From a bacterium (Candidatus Blackallbacteria) CG13_big_fil_rev_8_21_14_2_50_49_14 (GTDB lineage: Bacteria; Cyanobacteriota; Sericytochromatia; UBA7694), in contig PFGG01000011.1 in NCBI GenBank assembly GCA_002783405.1, positions 5,434 through 69,433 of the forward strand: a stretch of DNA of 64,000 nucleotides, read 5' to 3'. Under the pieces are notes generated by a model. It did not search any database. It had not been told where the DNA came from and worked only from the letters and a program-made list of their open reading frames with translations. The translations under genes and the position numbers were made by a program. This document shows positions 26,468 to 35,461 of the stretch, one piece after another; within the stretch, counting starts at the first letter, position 1; every line of letters begins with the position of its first letter.

Positions 26468-28885
26468 TTAATTTTCTGATTCGAGTTTTTCAATCGTCAC
26501 GCGGGTCAGTTTGAGAGCCGTTTGCCCCGTATACTGACAGCGCCCCAAATGAGAAGTCAATTGATTTAAACTGCGTTGTTTCTGCTCATCCTCCCAAGTG
26601 GGATGAATGCTCAGATAAATATTTTCACCATTGACCCGCTTGCTGGGAATCACTTTTACCACCAGCGATTCACGGGTGTCTCGATTGGTCAGCCAAACCC
26701 GATCATAGGGTTTCAAATCCAACCGTTCGGCCAAGCCCAAAGAAATATGTGCCAGCGTTTCCTGGGGGCGATGAGCCGTTGGTGAGGTTTTACATGAATT
26801 AAAGGCATCCTGACGCCAGCGCAAATCCACCTCCTGTTCAGACAGGTGAGAACGCCCCGTGATCAATACGATCCCAGAGGAGGGCTGAATCTCATGTTCC
26901 TGGGGAAGAAAAAATTCAAACCTACGGCGCTCTCCTTTTACCGAAGCAAAAGGTAAGTCTGCGTTCTGGGGGTCCAGGCGATAGAGCGTCGAACCCACTC
27001 CGCCATGAATCAAACTGCCCTGTTCGAGTAGTTCCAACCAGGAAACCAATTTGCCCTCTTTGTTTTCGGGTCTGCAGAAAAGCGTATTTTGCCCCGTCTG
27101 CCCCGTCCAATAGGCCTGAATCCGATCCCAGAGCTGGGCGCGATTGACTTCACCCTCCTGGCGCATCAGCCGACCGCCCATTTCTGGGGGCGCAAAGCGA
27201 TTTTGCAAATAACCACTTTGCATTAAACGGCTGAGATCAGGATGCCGCAGCCCCAGGGCCGTATCACGTTGCAAGAGACGCATGACCATGGTGATCGTGT
27301 CATAGATTAAGGTCACATCACTGCGCATTTGCGCAGGGCTCTGGTGGCGGGGCCAGGAAAGGTTCAAGCGCCATTCGCCACTTTGCGAAAGACGAAATGC
27401 AGCAGAAGGAGGAGCCGTGGGAATCACCAGCGCCGCATGCTTTAAACTGAAAGCATCAGGGAAAGGGTCAATGACTACAAATTGCACAAGCGGGTCCAAT
27501 AATTTACGCTGCCAACGTGTGCTGTTCATCATCATGCGTTCAAAGCGCGTACCAAAAAATAAAAAGAGCTCACGCCGTGGTTGGGGTTCTGAAAAATCCA
27601 GAGCTGAACGGGGGTTACAGGCCAAGGCCCGATCGTAAACATCGGGAGGAAGATTGACCCGCCGGGCAGCGTCCTCAGCCCCCGCCTGATCAAAGGGAAT
27701 ACGACCTGGAAAATGTGTGGAAGAGAGCATCTGAATCACGGATTCTTCGTTGCTTTGACCCGGCACTTGCAGAACGCCGCCCAAGAGTTCACCCTCAGGA
27801 TTTAAACCAAACTTGCCCAAACAGGCCAATAAATTTGCCCAAAGACAATGGGGAACAATTCCAGCGGTTTGGGAAAGCCCCAAAGAAGGGATATGGACAG
27901 GCACAGTGTCAGGGCTCGCCAAATGAGAAGCCAAATGTCGCACTGCCCGTAAGAGCTTTTCTCTGTGGGCATATTCTGAGGCAATCAGCGGAACAATCTG
28001 TTCAGGATGAAATCGTTCTTGGCGGGCAAATGCCAGGTAGTTTTCAAAACTGGCGGCATCTGCAAAATGTTTGACAAAGGCATGATCAATCGCCTGGGGA
28101 TAATGGGTTAAAATTTCGTGCGCCAGACAGAGAGCCAATAAACTGTCACTGCCTGGACGAATAAAAAGCACGCGCTCAGGCCCCAATTCAGACATGATTT
28201 TTTTAGCGGTCTCTGTGACCATGACCTCGATCAAATAGAGATCAGGCTCTTGCTGCATAAGCGCCTCAAACAGGGGGGGATGAGAAACCAAACCATTCCA
28301 TCCACTGAGCAAAAATAAGCGATTGGGGCCATTGACAGCCTGATCATACTGAATAAAAGGTCGGGCCTGCCCTGTTAAAAACTCTTGATAAAGTGCACCT
28401 GACCAATAACCGTGCTCAGCATTGCTGGCAATACTGCGAACCCCCAAAAGACGAAAGACCTCATGCATGGCAAAGAGGGCAAAATAATCTACCTGACCAC
28501 TGGTGTAAATCAAGGTCTGGGCCTGGGCTGGCCGATGATCAAGCAAAAGCAAGGCCAAACGCTCTAAAGCCGCAGAATAGCTCAGAGAAACCCTTTGCCC
28601 CGTAATATCCAGAATGCTGGGTTGTAAATGCATCCCAAAGGGCAGAATGGACTGTTTGCGCGACATTTGCAATTTTTCACAGCCTTGGGTAGGCGAAACA
28701 CGGAGGTCAGCCTGAAGCGAATCCCCCAAACCACAGTAATGGCAAGCTTGCTGCCCCGTACTCAGGGCATTTTGCTGCGCATGTTCTGGAAATGCCCAGG
28801 GTGGAGGTGACTGGCGCAGGGGCAAAAGCTCAGGGTGAGCCAAAACAGGCAGATTTTCAGTGAAAAAGGTTTGAAAATTATCCAT
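26468..28885 (-). CDS. Molybdopterin-oxidoreductase-family protein (divergent)
   Basis: 'FIRPGSDSLLALCLAHEIL' resembles the conserved 'IRPGTDAAL...AH' segment. The N-terminal 'CHYCGLGDS...GCEK' resembles the CxxCxxxC...C Fe4S4 motif but with Asp in place of the third Cys. The start overlaps the upstream FGE-domain gene by 8 nt. Confidence 0.5.
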   Translation of the reverse strand: MDNFQTFFTENLPVLAHPELLPLRQSPPPWAFPEHAQQNALSTGQQACHYCGLGDSLQADLRVSPTQGCEKLQMSRKQSILPFGMHLQPSILDITGQRVSLSYSAALERLALLLLDHRPAQAQTLIYTSGQVDYFALFAMHEVFRLLGVRSIASNAEHGYWSGALYQEFLTGQARPFIQYDQAVNGPNRLFLLSGWNGLVSHPPLFEALMQQEPDLYLIEVMVTETAKKIMSELGPERVLFIRPGSDSLLALCLAHEILTHYPQAIDHAFVKHFADAASFENYLAFARQERFHPEQIVPLIASEYAHREKLLRAVRHLASHLASPDTVPVHIPSLGLSQTAGIVPHCLWANLLACLGKFGLNPEGELLGGVLQVPGQSNEESVIQMLSSTHFPGRIPFDQAGAEDAARRVNLPPDVYDRALACNPRSALDFSEPQPRRELFLFFGTRFERMMMNSTRWQRKLLDPLVQFVVIDPFPDAFSLKHAALVIPTAPPSAAFRLSQSGEWRLNLSWPRHQSPAQMRSDVTLIYDTITMVMRLLQRDTALGLRHPDLSRLMQSGYLQNRFAPPEMGGRLMRQEGEVNRAQLWDRIQAYWTGQTGQNTLFCRPENKEGKLVSWLELLEQGSLIHGGVGSTLYRLDPQNADLPFASVKGERRRFEFFLPQEHEIQPSSGIVLITGRSHLSEQEVDLRWRQDAFNSCKTSPTAHRPQETLAHISLGLAERLDLKPYDRVWLTNRDTRESLVVKVIPSKRVNGENIYLSIHPTWEDEQKQRSLNQLTSHLGRCQYTGQTALKLTRVTIEKLESEN

Positions 28886-30773
28886 TGAAATTCGCCCCTA
28901 TTGCGTGGTCCCCAGAATGCTTGGCACAGCGAAAACCAATATCACTGTGGCGGTGGGTCGGGGGTTGAAAAAAACGGTAGGAGGAACGGGTAAAAAAGGT
29001 GCCGCGAACCCCCCAGGAACAGCCCTTGAGGGTACGGGCACCCGCAGCGACAAGGTCTTCTCTACCGTCATCTGCTTGATACGGGTAAGTCTGATAGATG
29101 CTTTGGGTCCATTCATAGACTTGGCCGATCATATCAAAGCAGCCAAAAGGACTCTTTCCCAGCGGATAAGAGCCGGAAGGGCAAAGCGTCAAGAGACCTG
29201 TCTCTGCCGTATTGGCCCGTTCTTCCTGCCATTGATTGCCCCAAGGCCAGATCAAACCTTCAATACCTCGGGCAGCCATTTCCCACTCCACTTCTGTAGG
29301 CAATCGCTTCTCGGCCCAATTCGCAAAAGCCACGGCTTCGTACCAACTGACTCCCACTACTGGAAAATCGGGATAATCCTCACCACAGCAATGTCCGGGC
29401 AAATTCCAAAAGGCAGGCCCTGTCAGTTGCTGTTCCTGAACAAAAGCCCATCCCTGAGGCAGCCAAAAATCAGCCCTTTGATAGCCGCCCGCTTGCATAA
29501 ATTCTGAAAATTCAGCATTGGAGACCGGAAAGAAATCTAAATAAAAGCCTTCAGTTTTCTGAGAGTGAACGGGTCGTTCAGAACTGTGAAGGGCATCTCC
29601 AATCGGATATACCCCCTCAGGAATCCAAGCCATGGCTCCCTTGGTTTGCAGTTCAGAAACGTGAGCCGGTAAAAATTCACGCATAGCATGTCGAAAAAAG
29701 ACCTGACCAGCTTGCGCACGGGTTTGCAAAACCTGCTGATGCTCAGGAGAAATATGCAGCGCATGGGCCATTTTCTGAGTAACCTGGTTTTGCTGTTCAG
29801 GGTTCAGAAAAGACAAAAAAGGCAGCCATTCCAGTAAAACTTGAAAACGGGCCTGGTTGAGAATCTGGTGTTGTTTTTCAGGGGAAGAGGATCTTTCAGG
29901 CTGCTGGCCCTCTGCCTGCAATGCTTCATATTGGCTCAAAACTGTTGCCAGTTCCTGCTTTAATTGCTGAGCTTTGGCTTCAGCCTCATTCTTGAGTTGC
30001 GCCATGCGCACCAGAGAAATGCCTGCATCCTGTCTGCCTTTTTGAAGACTCAAAGTATCGCGTGCTGTTTTTTCAAGAATATCATTTAAATTCTCAATTC
30101 TTTGATCACTCTCAAATTGCTGACGTTCAATAAAATCCTGAAGTTCTTGAATACGCTCAGCCTGTTCTGCAATCAGGCGTTCAGACTCTGCACGTGATTC
30201 CTGCCAGTTCAGCATGTTCTTCTGATGCTCAAGTGCCCTCGTTTGAAGCAGAGCAATTTCTGCTTCAAACTTTTCAAATTGGCGCTGATACGTGAGAAGA
30301 CGTTCTTCCAGGGCTTCAAGATCTGAAAAATATTCAAGCAATTCCGATTTTTCAGCGCCCAAACGTTCGCTTAAAAAGGCATAGGCCAATGCTAAGATTT
30401 CGGTTTCCTGTTGAAGGGCATTCCACTGCGAAGAAGGCGCTGAAGCAGGTTCTGGATGGGTGGGAAGCCCCCGAAGACGCTGAAACAATTCAGCAAAGAT
30501 CTCATTTCCCTGATCGGCAAAGGAGAGGGACAATTGCTCCCGCAATTCAGCCACCAAGCTGGAGCTGGCTTCAAGCTCCTGTTCTAGCCGCTCGTTGCGC
30601 TGTGATTGGGCACTCAACCCTGATAGCAGTGCTCCCAGGGTTTTATCCCAAAACGCTAAACGGGAATCCAAATGTTCAAGATAAAAATACAAGGATTGAA
30701 AGAGAAACAGCAATTCCTTGAAGCTACGAAGAGAAGGCCCGCCACGAGCCCTTTCCATTTCAAATCTGGACAT
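28878..30773 (-). CDS. Coiled-coil protein with C-terminal FGE-sulfatase (formylglycine-generating enzyme family, DUF323) domain
   Basis: The C-terminal ~260 aa carry 'VGVSWYEAVAFANWAEKRLPTEVEWEMAARG', 'YPWGNQW' and 'RSSYRFFQP...RHSDIGFRCA'. The N-terminal ~330 aa are long heptad coiled coil. Confidence 0.75.
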   Translation of the reverse strand: MSRFEMERARGGPSLRSFKELLFLFQSLYFYLEHLDSRLAFWDKTLGALLSGLSAQSQRNERLEQELEASSSLVAELREQLSLSFADQGNEIFAELFQRLRGLPTHPEPASAPSSQWNALQQETEILALAYAFLSERLGAEKSELLEYFSDLEALEERLLTYQRQFEKFEAEIALLQTRALEHQKNMLNWQESRAESERLIAEQAERIQELQDFIERQQFESDQRIENLNDILEKTARDTLSLQKGRQDAGISLVRMAQLKNEAEAKAQQLKQELATVLSQYEALQAEGQQPERSSSPEKQHQILNQARFQVLLEWLPFLSFLNPEQQNQVTQKMAHALHISPEHQQVLQTRAQAGQVFFRHAMREFLPAHVSELQTKGAMAWIPEGVYPIGDALHSSERPVHSQKTEGFYLDFFPVSNAEFSEFMQAGGYQRADFWLPQGWAFVQEQQLTGPAFWNLPGHCCGEDYPDFPVVGVSWYEAVAFANWAEKRLPTEVEWEMAARGIEGLIWPWGNQWQEERANTAETGLLTLCPSGSYPLGKSPFGCFDMIGQVYEWTQSIYQTYPYQADDGREDLVAAGARTLKGCSWGVRGTFFTRSSYRFFQPPTHRHSDIGFRCAKHSGDHAIGANFNG

Positions 30774-30915
30774 GATTCCTCATTTTATCAGCCTGTCAGG
30801 CACATATGCATCTGTATCATACTACCACTTTGAAGCGCACAGCGTTGCACCGAGCCAAAGAACTCAGACCTGCTTTCGGTTACAATAGAGTTATCCATAA
30901 AGGGAGGTTCGAAGC

Positions 30916-31992
30916 ATGCCTGAAACACCTGCTGAAACAATGCCGATTGCCCAATGGTGGGAGACCGATGAGAAAGGAAAAATCCTGTGCACGCTCTGTC
31001 CCCGTTTCTGTCGTATCGGAGCCGGTCAGGCGGGTTTTTGTTATGTTCGTCAGAATATTGAGGGCAAACTGTATGCCGCCTCCTATGGAAAATCGACGGG
31101 TTTCGCGATTGACCCCATCGAAAAAAAACCCCTGAATCATTTTTTACCTGGCAGCGCCATTCTCAGTTTTGGTACAGCAGGCTGCAATCTTGGCTGCCGT
31201 TTTTGTCAAAACTGGCATATTTCCAAGGCACGTCTGGTCGAAAAGAACAGTGTCGCCGCATTGCCTGAACAGGTGGTGGCCCTGGCCCAACAACACGGCT
31301 GTCCCAGCATTGCCATGACCTACAATGATCCCACCATTTTTGGAGAGTATGTCATCGATATTTCTCGCCTGGCAAGGGATGCTGGCCTGCGCAATATTCT
31401 GGTCACCGCTGGCTATATTACGCCTGAGGCCCGGCAAGACATCTACCGCTATATTGATGCCGCCAACGTCGATCTCAAGGCTTTCAGCGAGACCTTTTAC
31501 CACAAACTTACCTTTTCACATCTCGAACCCGTTCTCAATACCCTGCGCTGGTTAAAACACGAAACCAATATCTGGTTTGAAATTACCAATTTGATGATTC
31601 CGGGTCACAATGACAGCTGGGATGAAACCCGGCGCATGTGTGAATGGATTCTTGAAAACCTGGGACCGGAAGTGCCCCTTCATTTTACGGCCTTTCACCC
31701 CGATTTTAAACTTCAGGATTCGCCGCGTACCCCTCAGGAAACCCTCAACCGCGCGCGCAGAATTGCGCAGAGTATGGGAATCCATTATGTTTATGTAGGC
31801 AATGTGCATGATCGGGAAGGCCAAACAACCTTTTGCCCACATTGCCAAAAACCCCTGATAGAAAGAGACTGGCATCGGGTTTTGAGCAACCATTTAACCC
31901 AGGCACAATGCCCAGAGTGTCATACCGAAATCGCTGGGGTTTTTACCCAAAACAGCCCACGCCTGCTTAAATACGGCCCAAATTGGGAATAA
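30916..31992 (+). CDS. AmmeMemoRadiSam-type radical SAM enzyme (PFL-activase-like)
   Basis: GGGAGG RBS. 'CTLCPRFCRIGAGQAGFCYVRQN' N-terminal Cys cluster and 'GCNLGCRFCQNW' CxxxCxxC motif match the radical SAM partner of the AMMECR1/MEMO1 system. Confidence 0.7.
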   Translation: MPETPAETMPIAQWWETDEKGKILCTLCPRFCRIGAGQAGFCYVRQNIEGKLYAASYGKSTGFAIDPIEKKPLNHFLPGSAILSFGTAGCNLGCRFCQNWHISKARLVEKNSVAALPEQVVALAQQHGCPSIAMTYNDPTIFGEYVIDISRLARDAGLRNILVTAGYITPEARQDIYRYIDAANVDLKAFSETFYHKLTFSHLEPVLNTLRWLKHETNIWFEITNLMIPGHNDSWDETRRMCEWILENLGPEVPLHFTAFHPDFKLQDSPRTPQETLNRARRIAQSMGIHYVYVGNVHDREGQTTFCPHCQKPLIERDWHRVLSNHLTQAQCPECHTEIAGVFTQNSPRLLKYGPNWE

Positions 31993-32029
31993 TCAACTCA
32001 ACGCAGCAATTATTGTACAAGAGGAAACC

Positions 32030-33268
32030 ATGTCTGAACTTGTTGGCTACGTACTTAAAGATCTACTGCTCTCACAGGGCTTTGCCCTCTTGGGTGAAAC
32101 CCAGCAACTCCAAGCCATTCTTGAAGATATCTGCCCAGATGAACAGAAAGTAATTGAATTGGTGATGCTGGCCTTCGAAGAAAAAATTCCTGAAAGGCTG
32201 CTGATTCCTGTTTCTGAAGCAGAACTGCCTAAAACCCTCACCCTGCTCAGCCAGGAACTCAGCGCCCAAAAACAACTGGCCCCCCATTTTTCTGACTGGA
32301 TTGTCGAAACCTGGGCCAATGCCTTGGGAAAAACAAACGCCTATGCAATTTCACGCAATCTCTTGGCAGAAGCCGAAGAGATGTATCGAGACAAAATTCG
32401 TAGTGTTTTCTATGAATGGGATAGCTTATCTGAAGAAGAACAAGAAAAAGTTCAAAATCTACGTCAACAACTCCTTCTCAATGAAAAAGACCATGCACGG
32501 ATTTGGGCTGAGGTTCGGGAAGAACAAAAACAGGATATTCTGCTCAATGTGAGTTTGATTGCCCCCAGTTCCCCGCCCTTTCAAAATGGATTGGGAATGA
32601 AGTTTATTCGGATTGAACCCGGCAAATTTTTAATGGGCTCCCCTGAATATGAACACCACCGCGAAGAAGACGAGACCCAACATTCTGTCACGCTGAGCAA
32701 GCCCTATTGGATTCAGACCACGCCCGTCACCCAAGCCCAATGGGAAGAACTGATGGGATTCAACCCTTCTGACTTCAAAAATCCGCTGCACCCTGTCGAA
32801 AACGTGTCTTGGTTAGAAATTGTTCAACGCTTTCTACCTGCTCTGAATGCCCGAGGAGAGGGGTTTTATCGCTTACCCACAGAAGCAGAATGGGAATATG
32901 CCTCTCGCGCGGGCAATACCAAAGCCTATTCAGATCGCAATGATGCCAGCACCCTGGATAGTTTTGCCTGGTATAACAATAACTCCAATTATCAGACCCA
33001 ACCCGTGGCCCTCAAAACAGCAAACCCTTGGGGCTTGTATGATATGCATGGAAATGTCTGGGAATGGTGTCACGATTGGCATGCTCCCTTTTCAAATCAA
33101 GCGCTTGAAAACCCACGTGGCCCAGCCCAAGGCAAGGGCAGGGTGATGCGTGGAGGAAGCTGGTTTTGCAATGCTACCTCCTGCCGCCAGGCCGCCAGAG
33201 GCTATCTCCCCCCAGAGACACGTGTGCGTCTAACAGGATTTCGTCTGGTCAGGAACTGTGATGACTGA
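32030..33268 (+). CDS. FGE-sulfatase (DUF323) domain protein with unknown N-terminal domain
   Basis: C-terminal 'HPVENVSWLEIVQRF...RLPTEAEWEYASRAG', 'GLYDMHGNVWEWCHDW' and 'RGGSWFCNATSCRQAARG'. Confidence 0.75.
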   Translation: MSELVGYVLKDLLLSQGFALLGETQQLQAILEDICPDEQKVIELVMLAFEEKIPERLLIPVSEAELPKTLTLLSQELSAQKQLAPHFSDWIVETWANALGKTNAYAISRNLLAEAEEMYRDKIRSVFYEWDSLSEEEQEKVQNLRQQLLLNEKDHARIWAEVREEQKQDILLNVSLIAPSSPPFQNGLGMKFIRIEPGKFLMGSPEYEHHREEDETQHSVTLSKPYWIQTTPVTQAQWEELMGFNPSDFKNPLHPVENVSWLEIVQRFLPALNARGEGFYRLPTEAEWEYASRAGNTKAYSDRNDASTLDSFAWYNNNSNYQTQPVALKTANPWGLYDMHGNVWEWCHDWHAPFSNQALENPRGPAQGKGRVMRGGSWFCNATSCRQAARGYLPPETRVRLTGFRLVRNCDD

Positions 33269-33662
33269 AACCACGTTCACCGTGCTTTTTGACGGGGTTT
33301 GCAATCTTTGCAATGCCAGCGTACAGTTTATTATCGACCGCGATCCCAAAGCAAAGTTTCATTTTGCCTCCCTCCAATCGGAAGTGGGTCAAGAACTTTT
33401 AAAAGCTCACAAACTGCCCACAGAAGGGTTTAGCAGTCTGGTTCTGCTTGAAAACGATCTGGTCTATATCCGCTCGACGGGAGCCTTACGCATCGCCCGA
33501 CAACTTCAATATTTACGCTGGATGGGGCTTTTTTTGGTCATTCCGGCCTTTATCAGAGATTCTGTCTATGATTTTATCGCCCGCAACCGCTACCGCTGGT
33601 TTGGCAAGCAGGAAAGTTGCAGAATTCCCACCCCCGAACTGAAAAGCAGATTTTTAAGCTAA
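33258..33662 (+). CDS. DCC-family thiol-disulfide oxidoreductase (DUF393)
   Basis: 'VLFDGVCNLCNASVQFIIDRD' CxxC motif in the DCC1-like context. Overlaps the preceding gene by 11 nt. Confidence 0.7.
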   Translation: MMTETTFTVLFDGVCNLCNASVQFIIDRDPKAKFHFASLQSEVGQELLKAHKLPTEGFSSLVLLENDLVYIRSTGALRIARQLQYLRWMGLFLVIPAFIRDSVYDFIARNRYRWFGKQESCRIPTPELKSRFLS

Positions 33663-33677
33663 ACAGCACGATTTCTA

Positions 33678-34553
33678 CTAGCCTTGGGGAGGCTGTGCGG
33701 CTCCCTGGCGGCGCAAAGCCAGATTGACAAGTCGCAGGTTTTCAAAGGCCTGTAAGTTTTCATTGCGGTCCTGAATCCGTTGATGCTCGTGCCACTGGAG
33801 AAAAATGGCGACCAAAGCCCCCGCAAAGACCAGGACAGAAACCAGTTTTATTAGCCATCCTGCACTTTGCTGATCCCCATAGGCGCTCAATTGGGTAATG
33901 CGTGGCGCCAGTTGATAACTCAAATACAAAGCCTCGCGACTGAGCGTCAAAACACCAAAGAGAGGCACTTGGCAAAAAATTAAAATGATTAAATAGAACA
34001 TCTGGCGAGAGAAATGGGGCCTGACATAGTGCAAGGGATGCATCAAAGGCAACCACATCACCAACCCCGCCAAAAGTACGGAGAGATGCTCCAATTGTGC
34101 TCCCCAGACATTATTGACAGAAAACGCACACAAGGGCGGCAAATACCAAGCCATCAGACCCAAATTAAAAAAAATCGCCGCCGGTATCGGTTGCCCCAAG
34201 ACAAAAAGCAGACGATCCAGCCAAGGATAGCGTAAAACCACCTGATTGAGTAAGCCCGCACCAAAACCTGCCCATAAAAAAGGGGGAATCAGATAGGCCA
34301 GCAACAAATGCTGACTGGCCCGCGCTGTGATTAGATAGTTTCGCGCCAGGGTTTCAAGTGGAGAAGCCGTGGCCAGAAAAATCAAAACAATCCCTGTAAA
34401 ATACAAAAAAATGCGAAAGGGGGAAATCGGACTGCGCCCATGGTGCAGTCTTTTCAAAAAAAACAGATAACCCAGGCTGAGGCCCAGCAAAAGACCTAAA
34501 TTTAAAGGTTGAACATGCCAGGTGTTCAAAGAAATAAGGTGAGAAGGTGCCAC
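33678..34553 (-). CDS. Polytopic membrane protein, possibly a caa3-type cytochrome oxidase assembly factor CtaG-like protein
   Basis: About 7 predicted TM helices. Weak resemblance to the CtaG/Caa3 family. Low confidence on function. Confidence 0.3.
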   Translation of the reverse strand: MAPSHLISLNTWHVQPLNLGLLLGLSLGYLFFLKRLHHGRSPISPFRIFLYFTGIVLIFLATASPLETLARNYLITARASQHLLLAYLIPPFLWAGFGAGLLNQVVLRYPWLDRLLFVLGQPIPAAIFFNLGLMAWYLPPLCAFSVNNVWGAQLEHLSVLLAGLVMWLPLMHPLHYVRPHFSRQMFYLIILIFCQVPLFGVLTLSREALYLSYQLAPRITQLSAYGDQQSAGWLIKLVSVLVFAGALVAIFLQWHEHQRIQDRNENLQAFENLRLVNLALRRQGAAQPPQG

Positions 34554-34621
34554 GTGAACCGGATCTGTATCAGGATAAAATCATCATAGGCAGTGAAGCG
34601 GAGCGCCGTCAAGCCTTCAAC

Positions 34622-35410
34622 CTAGATATCACGAAAAGGGTGATCCGGGGAGTCTAAAGAGGGGTATAAGAACTCTGGGAAGAGATAGCGAATCACCCCC
34701 GTATTGGGATCAATCTCAACCCGTGTGAACCCCCGGGCTTCCAATTTGGCAAGATGGTGTTCTGCTTTATCGATGCTGATCGGAGTATCTGCCGCAATTT
34801 GACCAATGGTCAAGATGCCTTTGTTTTCACGGGCAAAATGCAAAAGATAGCGTTCATAATCGGCGTCTGAACGGAGCGATAGACGGGCAAGAGCTTGTTT
34901 TGAGTCTGAATTCAAAAGATTTTTAGAGGAATTATTTTCATTCTTGCCCCTTGGAGTTCTCAGTGCCTGTCTGTTTTGAACAAATTGAGCACGCAGTAAC
35001 ATAAGTGGCGAAGCAGCGCTTAAGGCAAATTCTTCATCAGACTGAATAAGATAAAGAACCCCTTCTACAAAACCCACAAAGGCTGGTATTCCTGTCCAGA
35101 AAAAAATCATGTAGAGAAATCCCCAACCCATTTGACCCAAATAAAATTTGTGCCCCCCGAAGCCCCCCAAAGTCATGGCCAAAAGTGCTGCCAAAACTCT
35201 GTTTTTATAGAGCACCAAAGAATTCAAATCTTGATTGATACTCGCATTCACTGAAATCGAAGAACGCCGACGAAGTGCAGGCGCTTTCTGAGCGCATTGA
35301 TCGCAAAAAATACGGCCATCGACTTTGTTCAAACAAAGCATACACACTCCGTGGCCGCATTCTACGCAGCTGCCGACGGCTTCGTGCTGAGAGTGGATAA
35401 AACAATGCAT
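34622..35410 (-). CDS. Zinc-ribbon / TM2-domain protein with C-terminal winged-helix-like region
   Basis: N-terminal 'CVECGHGVCMLC...CDQC' zinc ribbon. 'LGGFGGHKFYLGQMGWGFLYMIFFW' is a TM2-domain signature. Confidence 0.55.
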   Translation of the reverse strand: MHCFIHSQHEAVGSCVECGHGVCMLCLNKVDGRIFCDQCAQKAPALRRRSSISVNASINQDLNSLVLYKNRVLAALLAMTLGGFGGHKFYLGQMGWGFLYMIFFWTGIPAFVGFVEGVLYLIQSDEEFALSAASPLMLLRAQFVQNRQALRTPRGKNENNSSKNLLNSDSKQALARLSLRSDADYERYLLHFARENKGILTIGQIAADTPISIDKAEHHLAKLEARGFTRVEIDPNTGVIRYLFPEFLYPSLDSPDHPFRDI

Positions 35411-35461
35411 GGGGCCCTCCAGGGCTATCTTATCATAAAACCGCCTCCCACCATCCAGGGG

